A stretch of 64,000 nt of DNA. Source: a virus. Below the pieces are notes generated by a model. The model was not told the DNA's origin. It saw only the letters and a list, made by a program, of their open reading frames with translations, and did no database searches. The stretch spans positions 1 through 64,000 of IMG/VR virus record IMGVR_UViG_3300030108_004965, one strand, 5' to 3'. This document shows, piece by piece, positions 1 to 8,800 of the stretch; positions within the stretch are counted from its first letter, which is position 1, and each line of letters opens with the position of its first letter. The position numbers and the translations under genes were made by a program.

Positions 1-1773
1 TAAAGCAGGCTTTATTTGAAAAAGTTGCTGAAATTTATGAGACCTTCTTTCTGTGATTACAGATGGCGGATTATAAATCCGCACATTAACCCTAGAGTCA
101 TCTGCGTCTTTGATTAGTTCAACCTCATAAATAGAAGAAGGGTTGGAAACAAGACCCTTGGAGTTAACTGCTCTAAACATATAATAGTATTTAGTATTAG
201 CAGCAACTTTATCTTTGAACACAGCCCTCTCTGATTCGTAGGTCATTCTTTTTTCTGATAATTTAAAATTAGAATAATCACTCAATGATGATGGAGGGGT
301 GCCCATCCTAAAAATCTCAAAAAGACCATTGTCCAAACTACTCTGAAATAAAAACTTATCCTGTCCTGTCCTGCTGTTAGTTGTCATCAGTCCAAGTTGC
401 GTATTGTCTTCGGGCTTGATTGGCACAAAATTATCATGCTTCTTGCCATTTGTTGGATATAAATAAAACTGTATTTCGTTGCTTGAATTCATTTCTGTTT
501 TTATATCTACTTGAGGTACGAGAGGAGGTGGTTGAATTATCAATGCTTCTTCATTGAATAGACTGACAGGTAAAATCATTACTCTGGGCTGGTTTTCAAT
601 AGTAATGTCGGCGTATGGTTCTTCATCATCTGGTCCAAATTCAGCACTTACGTATCTGTATGTGTTGCCAATTATAATGTAGTGCCCTACTCCGTTATAA
701 AAATACCTCCCTCCGTATTTTATTTGAGTGTCAAACAAGATTGTGTTGTCATCTGTTGCTCTTTTGTAAATGTTTTGTACAAAATTACTTTCAACATCTG
801 AGTCTTTAGTTTTACGTAACGAGTAAACGAAGTCTTCATGATAGCAACTTTCTCCCTTCAACATTGCCAAAGCAAGCCTGAAATTTCTCACTCCCAAGCC
901 TTTTATTGCTCCTGCCATAATCAATTTTTTTAAGTACTGGTTCGCTTCGGAGGTTGTTGAGGCACCAGCGAGACCCTCTGCTGCGTCTTCAAAAAATTCA
1001 CTTCCGGTGCTGAATTCTTCAAATAAATCAAAGGCATTTACTGTTTCGGTTTTACTAGTTGATTGATCTGATCTGCGGAACCGTACAGAAGTTTTTTCTG
1101 AGTTTAAATATGAATCTAGGATTGTGTCGAAGAGATCATGTTCTTCTACTAAATTAGAAAAATCATTATTAACTTTATTTGTTATAGAAATTTGATTGTA
1201 AAAAGGGAAATTTACCAACGCATCGCTTGGCCCGTTGGAATTACCGGGACTTCTTTCTGGGTAAATAACGCGATCTGTATCAAAACCTCCAGCGTTTAAA
1301 TCGTCAGAATAAAAAGCATTAGAGGGCCGGCTTATGAACTTTTCTTTTTTCACGCCACTAGCGATAGATGGAAGATCTGTTTCGTTAAATGCAGGGGACA
1401 AATCGTCATATTCTCTTGCTAAAAATTGAAAATGACTTGTTATGTCATATGTTGCTATTGTTTTTTCTAGCGCTTTTGTCTCCACAGTTGATGCGTGGAC
1501 GGGTTTATTTATTTTTATATAGAAATCATTATAAACCCTAGATGAATTTTGTACATTTTGGACGTCTTGACGAAAATTGATTGGGTCACCTTTTGGCCTC
1601 ACCCTTATTTTTGCTGTTTCTATCGGTAATGCATCATCATCCCTGATGCTTGATTCGCACTTATTTTCTATTATAGTAAATCGATCCAGAATACCAGCCT
1701 TAACTCGAACTACATCTCTGATGTCGGCAGCGTTTGTAGTAAAAAAATCGTTATCTTCTTGTTTTAGTTCCAT
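1..1773 (-). CDS. Partial (3' end runs off window) virion structural protein, beta-rich/Fn3-like segment
   Basis: Not in the supplied ORF track. ATG at 1773-1771 overlaps the TAA of the upstream gene (TAATG). I translated the frame by hand and it is open for 591 codons to base 1: MELKQEDNDFFTTNAADIRDVV...FDTQIKYGGRYFY...KYYYMFRAVNSKGLVSNPSSIYEVELIKD. The YYYxFRAVN...SxPS segment resembles an Fn3 C-terminal strand. Confidence 0.75.
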   Translation of the reverse strand, partial: MELKQEDNDFFTTNAADIRDVVRVKAGILDRFTIIENKCESSIRDDDALPIETAKIRVRPKGDPINFRQDVQNVQNSSRVYNDFYIKINKPVHASTVETKALEKTIATYDITSHFQFLAREYDDLSPAFNETDLPSIASGVKKEKFISRPSNAFYSDDLNAGGFDTDRVIYPERSPGNSNGPSDALVNFPFYNQISITNKVNNDFSNLVEEHDLFDTILDSYLNSEKTSVRFRRSDQSTSKTETVNAFDLFEEFSTGSEFFEDAAEGLAGASTTSEANQYLKKLIMAGAIKGLGVRNFRLALAMLKGESCYHEDFVYSLRKTKDSDVESNFVQNIYKRATDDNTILFDTQIKYGGRYFYNGVGHYIIIGNTYRYVSAEFGPDDEEPYADITIENQPRVMILPVSLFNEEALIIQPPPLVPQVDIKTEMNSSNEIQFYLYPTNGKKHDNFVPIKPEDNTQLGLMTTNSRTGQDKFLFQSSLDNGLFEIFRMGTPPSSLSDYSNFKLSEKRMTYESERAVFKDKVAANTKYYYMFRAVNSKGLVSNPSSIYEVELIKDADDSRVNVRIYNPPSVITERRSHKFQQLFQIKPAL

Positions 1774-4700
1774 TAATATCCTCCTCCGGAGCCACCACCT
1801 GTTCCACCAGAAGATCCACCACTCATTCCACCAGAAGAAACACCTGATGGGGTCTGATTGGCTCTTGACATTGGCGATGTTGTTGTTAGTTGTTGCGCCG
1901 TTGGTGAAATAGAAACTTGGTTACTAGTACTTGCTGTTGTGATAGTGATAGGCTTTGTTTTTACAATCGGGTTTCTACTTTTCTTTTGTTTTATTATGTT
2001 GCTAGTCATATACATGGTAGCTTTAGAAAGCTCATTGTTACTTTCGAAATTACTAACGTCTGCTTTGGGCACAAAATTTTGTTGCACTTGCTGGTCTATA
2101 TCTCTTCCTGAGATGATAAAAGTTGCATTTTGGACCGGTAACCTAAATTGATCAGAGGGTATAATTCCAATTTCTGGTTGCTCAACGTACACAAGCCTAC
2201 AAATAACAGTAGAATCTTGGTCTATCATGTATGCCTCCAATGGAGCCCATATTGGTTCTGATACGATGTTATTTCCGAATTCGTCTTTTTTATAATCAAC
2301 TATTGCCTGAATCTCTTGTATCGCCTGAAATGTCATTTCCGCCACTGCTCTAGTGCTCGGATCTATGAAACAGTCATTCTCCGATTCAATTAGATTGTTC
2401 CTTACGCCCGGATTCCTTGATGCCACCAGTGCCTTAAAATGATTAGGCAACCTAGATAATCTAGAAAAAGAAAACCTTTTCGAACTTACGAAACTTGATA
2501 GGTAATTAGATTCTTGAATAATGTCAAATGCCATCTTACTTCTTGAGGATCTCACTTGGGTTGCTGTTTTGATTGAAGTCCGTAAATCAACAAGAGCAAC
2601 AGGAACTTCTGGTATTGGGTCAAAGTTTTTTTGTGCCCGAACAAAATCAGAGTTTTCACCTAAAACTTGACTACTAGACAAGTAAGTCTCTGTTTTTTCG
2701 TCTGCTTCAAAAAACTTGATCGCTTGAACCCTTGGTTTTTTTATTAAAATTGATGGCTTTCTTATTCTTTTTCTAATCGGTCGACGCAGAGTCATTTTCT
2801 TTAATCTACGTCTGGATTTTGATTTTCTTCTAAAAGTCCTTTTTTTTATTCTTCTGGGTTTTTTAGCAAAAACTTTTGGTGATCTCCATCTTATCTTTAA
2901 ATTTAAGTCTTGTGCCGCTAGGAAGTCTTTATTGAGAGCAAATGTATCAACACCAGCAAAATCCTCAAGTTTTATAGTTTTGCCTGATGAATTAAAAGAA
3001 AGAGGAGACATGTAGGTTAACCTAGAGGACTCTAAATCTTCTAGGCCCTTAATGACTTCAGAATCCATTTCTTTGAACTCTTCATCGGTTATCGCATAAT
3101 CAGAAGTAAAAAATCTATCATTCTCAAAAAAACCTCTTTCCTGCATTTCGTCATAAGATAAGAGCAATATTCTTTCTTCGTTCTTTTCTTCTGTGTCAAA
3201 AATTTCATAAGATCTATGAAATTCTCTGAAGTTTATAAATGGAGAAAATCTTTTACTAACTTCAATAAGTCCGGGTTTAAAATTTACTTTTATCGTCTTA
3301 GGGGTTTTGATTCGTCCTTTTTTGTCCGTATCGAATTTATTAACGAAAGTGTTATAGAGAGTTTCAAATTCTTGTAAGAATCTTATCCCGTATTTGTATT
3401 TATAATTCCCTCTATAAAACAATTTGCATTTTTCATCTACTAATTCTTTAACGTCGTCTAAATCAGACAAGTAATTTAAGGTATTATAATATTGTTCTAC
3501 AACACCTCTTATATCAGGGGATACAACGGCTGTGCTTTTGAGCATGTCCCTATCGTAATCATAATTTTTTGTTTTGTTCAGGGATGATAGAATCTCTTTT
3601 AATCTGTTTATTGAGTGTTTAATGGACTCTAGTTTACCAGACATGAATTTTTTAGATTTGTCATTGACTGTCGCCACTACTCTATATTTGTAATCTGCTG
3701 ATGTTGTTGACGTTTTTGAAGAATCTAAAAACTCGTAAGTTCTAGTGTAAAAACCCTCATCTAAATAAATTTGTCTTATATTTTTATTAGGGCGAAGATT
3801 GTTTGGTGTTTCATCAACTGTTGTAGTCACATAATCATAAGAATGAACTTTTCTAACTTTAGTACTAGATGTCCCTAACTTAGAAGAAACATTAATTGGC
3901 TCTATCCTTTCTCTTATAATAGTTAAGGAGTTTAAAGAGACAGTGCTCATGTATTCATCAAATAACTTTTGGCTTAATCCGAAGATTTTTTTACCATTTT
4001 TTGTTCTTTGTATAACCAACTGTCTCATGTCTATCATAAAAAGACCAACCAAGTTTGTTGATTTATTAAATGAAAAATATAAATCACTTATAATACTTAC
4101 ATTTTTCAATTGTTCTTGTTTTCTTGGTTCTAAATCTAAACTTCTATTATCTGTGAGTTTATCATTTGCAACTAATATTTGCCTCAATGAAAGGTGAGGC
4201 TCACTTGAATGTTGGGAGCCTGCCATGTATCCTTTATCCGGATGCTTGTGAACTGGTCCTCCATAAACTTTATTTTCATTCTTGTGCATAAAAAGATTTG
4301 TTACTTTTTGCAATGACTTTTGATTCATGACTTTTTCAGATGTCAAAGCACCATAATAATTCTGATACACTCCGGATAAACTAAGTCTAAGATCTTTTGC
4401 CATAGATTCAGTATCTAAAAAACAAACTGCGAACAAATGAAGATTCTGTTGTTCGTTGGGTATTATAAGTTTAATGGTTTTTTTATATTCTCTAGAGCCA
4501 CTTTTGTCTACTAAATTAAACTCACTTAAAGGAATAATGTTTAGTTTTGTCTCCATATTAAAAAAAGGACTTTTCTTTAGTGCTTTTGGTACCGGAGCTA
4601 TTAACCCTTCTGATAGAGAACTAGATAATCTAGGATTGCTAGTTGAAATAAATAACACCTTCAAGTAACGTGATAAAATGGGCAAGTCTGACCATTCGAA

Positions 4701-4835
4701 TTTAGATCCGTCAAAAAAATCTATTAATTTGAGATCCACGATTGTCTTGAATGACGTTTGGCTATTATCTTCTAAGTCAATTTTACAAATGTAAGCGTTG
4801 GGTAAAATTTTGTGGCCAACTAATAAATTTTTCAT
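1773..4835 (-). CDS. Large hypothetical virion-module protein (1020 aa) with internal Arg/Lys tract and Gly/Ser-rich C-terminus
   Basis: Long ORF coupled to both neighbours in the structural module; KKPRRIKKRTFRRKSKSRRRLKK tract; ends SGGMSGGSSGGTGGGSGGGY. Confidence 0.7.
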   Translation of the reverse strand: MKNLLVGHKILPNAYICKIDLEDNSQTSFKTIVDLKLIDFFDGSKFEWSDLPILSRYLKVLFISTSNPRLSSSLSEGLIAPVPKALKKSPFFNMETKLNIIPLSEFNLVDKSGSREYKKTIKLIIPNEQQNLHLFAVCFLDTESMAKDLRLSLSGVYQNYYGALTSEKVMNQKSLQKVTNLFMHKNENKVYGGPVHKHPDKGYMAGSQHSSEPHLSLRQILVANDKLTDNRSLDLEPRKQEQLKNVSIISDLYFSFNKSTNLVGLFMIDMRQLVIQRTKNGKKIFGLSQKLFDEYMSTVSLNSLTIIRERIEPINVSSKLGTSSTKVRKVHSYDYVTTTVDETPNNLRPNKNIRQIYLDEGFYTRTYEFLDSSKTSTTSADYKYRVVATVNDKSKKFMSGKLESIKHSINRLKEILSSLNKTKNYDYDRDMLKSTAVVSPDIRGVVEQYYNTLNYLSDLDDVKELVDEKCKLFYRGNYKYKYGIRFLQEFETLYNTFVNKFDTDKKGRIKTPKTIKVNFKPGLIEVSKRFSPFINFREFHRSYEIFDTEEKNEERILLLSYDEMQERGFFENDRFFTSDYAITDEEFKEMDSEVIKGLEDLESSRLTYMSPLSFNSSGKTIKLEDFAGVDTFALNKDFLAAQDLNLKIRWRSPKVFAKKPRRIKKRTFRRKSKSRRRLKKMTLRRPIRKRIRKPSILIKKPRVQAIKFFEADEKTETYLSSSQVLGENSDFVRAQKNFDPIPEVPVALVDLRTSIKTATQVRSSRSKMAFDIIQESNYLSSFVSSKRFSFSRLSRLPNHFKALVASRNPGVRNNLIESENDCFIDPSTRAVAEMTFQAIQEIQAIVDYKKDEFGNNIVSEPIWAPLEAYMIDQDSTVICRLVYVEQPEIGIIPSDQFRLPVQNATFIISGRDIDQQVQQNFVPKADVSNFESNNELSKATMYMTSNIIKQKKSRNPIVKTKPITITTASTSNQVSISPTAQQLTTTSPMSRANQTPSGVSSGGMSGGSSGGTGGGSGGGY

Positions 4836-5836
4836 TAATCACAATCCTCTATATCTATAGGTGTATTGTAAATATCAAAGAAAATATTTTCTTCATCATC
4901 GCAATCTATTTCTAGTCCCACTTCTATGTCTTTGGAGCGCAAGTTCTTTATTCCTTTACAGATTTCATCTCGAAGAATGTTTTTATCAGTAGCATAGTTT
5001 ATGTAATACTCAACATAGGTTTCATCAACTTCGCTTTTTATTTTTGCCGGATTTGTTAAAAGTATACCGTTTTCAATTAACTTTGTTTTTGGTAAAAACT
5101 TTAAAGGCAACAGCTTATCTTGATCTGTTTGATCATAAATAAATACTTCCATTTCTAAGCCTTCCTTAAATAAAAATCCCTCTGTTTCACGGAGATTACA
5201 AATAATTTGTTCCTCTATAATTTCTAAATAAGAACCATCGGGAAATATCCTAGAAGATGGACTAGGCGGAGAAACAGACATGCCTCTCACCGGGGTACTA
5301 TTGCTAGTATTGTTTACTCTTAGTTTGTATTCTATCTCAGCGTTTATTTGAGGAATTTGTTTGAAATATTCAGAACCACCAATTGATTTGACAACACCAC
5401 CGGCATCAGTGACTGTTCTGGTTGACCCTGTCAAGGTGGTTGTAACTGATCCTGTTATTTCTCCTTGAATAAAAGTCGAACTCCACCCCGGCGCGCGCTC
5501 ACTAGTTTGGTCAGAAGTACCCATAGGTTCTGTGAGATAGTTTAATTTAAGTTGCGTGTGTGGCCTCGGGTTTTCTTCTGATGTCTCATTTTCAAAAATT
5601 AATTTTTCAACTGACTGAAGGTCTCTTGCTGGTTTTAAATAGGATGTTTCATTTATGATCCTGTCTTGTATCTTTGTTTGATCTTCTGAAAACCCTCCCG
5701 CTTCTGAGTCATATAAAATGTCATCATCAAAAAAAGCATAAAACGCAGGATTTAACTTCCCTTGGGACAACAGACTTCTTCCGTATGGTGTTAGTTCTAT
5801 AGTTATTACGTCTTCTTTTTTATCAAAAAATGCCAT
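4835..5836 (-). CDS. Virion structural protein, probably baseplate/tail-associated (333 aa)
   Basis: N-terminal LTPYGRSLLSQGKL..FYAFFDDDILYD resembles the LTxxGRxxL motif of myophage tail-collar/baseplate proteins; lies in the structural module. Confidence 0.55.
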   Translation of the reverse strand: MAFFDKKEDVITIELTPYGRSLLSQGKLNPAFYAFFDDDILYDSEAGGFSEDQTKIQDRIINETSYLKPARDLQSVEKLIFENETSEENPRPHTQLKLNYLTEPMGTSDQTSERAPGWSSTFIQGEITGSVTTTLTGSTRTVTDAGGVVKSIGGSEYFKQIPQINAEIEYKLRVNNTSNSTPVRGMSVSPPSPSSRIFPDGSYLEIIEEQIICNLRETEGFLFKEGLEMEVFIYDQTDQDKLLPLKFLPKTKLIENGILLTNPAKIKSEVDETYVEYYINYATDKNILRDEICKGIKNLRSKDIEVGLEIDCDDEENIFFDIYNTPIDIEDCD

Positions 5837-5849
5837 TTTGTATTAAATC

Positions 5850-8800
5850 CTATTTATTTCTTCTCGATTTTCTTTTTTTCTTTCTATCTTTTCTTCTGTT
5901 TTTACGCTTATTTTTTCTTTCTTGTCTGTTTTCTTGTCTTTTTTCTCTTCTTTGTCTTCTTAATTCCCTTCTTTCTTCTCGGGTATCTCTCTTTTGCCAC
6001 CATTTTCTAACACGATCTCTCAGCCTTCTTTTTCTACCGCCCCTTTTCTTTCCTCTCATTATTCTCTTTTTTCTTCTCAACTTGCGTCTTTCTAGTGATT
6101 TTCTTTTAGGCTTTGGAATAGGTTGTTCACTTTCTGGTTGAAGATCCGCAAAGGTAACTTGTGCATCGATTTTAACTAGTTCAACTAGGGAGAAAAAATC
6201 ATATGGCCAGTTGAACGTTATTTCATCGTTAGACCCAACTGCTGTGTTCTTTACGTTCTCTAATTTGAATTCTTTTGTTTTTCTTGTGGTTCCTTTTTTA
6301 ACCAAAACTTTATCGTAATAATTGGTGGCGGCTTTCTTTTTACATTTGAAAACCATCCATTGTATTTCGGGGTCGATTCCGGGGCCCGGTTCATTAATAT
6401 CAAAAATACTAGAGGAGTCTCCTTTTATAGATTTGGATACTTCTGCCCCTTTTCCCAATAAATCTTTGGCTAATAGTTGATGAGATACAGTTGCTGTTGC
6501 TTCCTGAAAGTTTCGTCCAATTTTTGGTGGTAAATTTTGCCAGATGTCTGCAAGATCTTGCTTATCCAGTTTATGAGTAAACTCAAAACAATAGGCAGCA
6601 AAAGGATCAACTTGCTTGTATTTGACAAAATCCATTGATGGAGGAAAATTATATTTTTTCATCATCCTCACTTGATTTAGTACAGAGTTCCCCACTAAGG
6701 GTGGGCGTACTCTATTTCCTTTTTCATCTATATAAATTCCGGGCCTGACTTCTTTGTTTAATCCAGAAATTGCCCTTTCAATGTCTGCTCTTGCTAGAGA
6801 GAAAAACACACGCTCATTATCTCTTTCAACAAACGGAACAGCAACTACTAATTCACCAATCTCTTTTGCTTTTGCTATTTCGCCGAGCCTAACTGGTTTT
6901 TTCGAAAAACCAACAAGATCCGCTAGTGATTTTACTTTTCTTTTTGTTCTTGTGACACCCAAGGCTCCTTTTAGCCAACTATAAGGGATGTCTGTGACTT
7001 GCATAAAGATGCCTTCATTGGAACCTGAAGGTATTTCGCCATATTGATGCCACATTCCTCTAGGTGTGTGTCCAAAGCCGTTTCTTGGGGTTGTTATAAC
7101 AGCTTTTCCGTCGCGTTCCTTTTCTCTGTATTTGATAAAATTTAAAATTGGAGTTTCAAATTTACTTTGTATTATCCATCGAGACTTAGAGTCGTTTGTC
7201 GTTGATGTCGCAACATCTTGCTTAACAGAAGAAAAGTCCCCTGCTAGGTTTTGTTTTCTAATTTTTCCTTTAGTAAACAAATTCAGTGATGAATTTAATT
7301 GCATAGCATTAGAATTAATGTAAAATGGGTGCTGTGGTCCATAAACATATTGAGGAAGTAAAACGAGAAAATCCGGATGCGTGAAGACTGTATTCTTCTG
7401 ATAGATGTCGGTGCCTAGCATTTTAACCATATAAGATGTCCCCATTCTTTTATAATGATTAAATTGGTTGTGCATTTGCCTTGAAAGAGCGGGACCGGGA
7501 GTGTCTACAGACTGGAGACGATCTGGTATTAACCCCGGTCGCATCATTGTTGGGGGCCCGGCCCAAGCGCCGGAGAATTGATGCCAACCATCGGTATATC
7601 TTTGATCTCCCCAATCAGTAAAGGTCGCTGGGAGTATTCCTCCTTGATTAATATCTTTATCAACTTGCTGTTCGGGCTCGACTTTGAATGGAAATCTTCG
7701 CCCCAAATCCAAATCATGTTCGAATCCGGGATCGAAGTCGCCGTCGTTTACACCTTGTGGGAGCGCACTAATGAGAGCTTGGGTTTTTTCATCCCTGCCC
7801 AGAGAGCTAAGGTCAAGTACCCATGTTGGGTACGGCCCCACTGTATCTCTAGAAAACCTTGCTGCTCGAGAGTCAAAAATCAAATTTGACCATGGGCAAC
7901 CAAACTCGCTTTTGTAATTTTCGTACGGGCCCTTCAGTTTCCTATTGGGCCCATAGGCCTCCCAATAATGCTCTCTCATGAGACATCTTGCTACAGACGC
8001 TGTTTCCGGTACGTTATACCCCGTCAGATCTCTTAATGCGTCATTGATTCCGTTCCACCAAAACCTAGTGTAATAAGGAAAATCCTTTACTTGTTTCAAA
8101 ATTTCATCTAGAGTATACTTTTTTGTTTCTGTTGCCTCAAACAACAAATCACACCAACCTTCTCCATCGTAGTAAGGAGGAGTATACGGCATGTTATATC
8201 CCTCTGTCGAATCACTTGTATTTTCGGAGTATTCTACTGGGGGTGGGGTCAATTTTACCACAGGCTCAGCATCGGCCGATACAGCTTTTCTATAAAAGAA
8301 AAACCCAGTACCACCACAGCCCCACGTTGGTGGGCCAAACGCTGATGGCCTTGAATACATTTGGATGTTTGATCCGTTTGTTGTGTTTAGAAAATCTCGC
8401 TGTTCTATGCTGACACCGCGCAGAACTTGCGGAGGGGTAACCAGTTCTCCATCGAAACCCAGAAGACCAGTCTTTGGGCCGCTCATGGTTCTGTACATTT
8501 TTATTCTCATTCCATAAAACGAGCCTGACTTTGCATTACCAAAAGAAGGGTCGCCGCTTTCTGCTGATGCAATTGTCGAGAAGTTTTGCCCTTCTAAGAA
8601 AAACTCCGGTACTTCCGCTAAAAAATTATTTGCAAACTTTTTATAAATTTCATCACCAACACCGCTCCAATTGGCATGTATGTTAAGCCCCCCTAAGTTC
8701 GATATTGATGCGGGGCTTGGTTGTTGCGAAATTAAATCGACCCCAGCCAAGTACCTTTCAGGTTCTAAAAGAGCTTCAAACGGAACTCTTCTGTCGTACA

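Noticed and set aside
5830-6141. Plus-strand 103-aa hydrophobic (Phe/Leu/Ser) ORF that looks like a membrane protein
   Set aside because: It is the antisense shadow of the Arg/Lys codons (AGA/AAA/AAG) of the 1778-aa tail; no SD or promoter.
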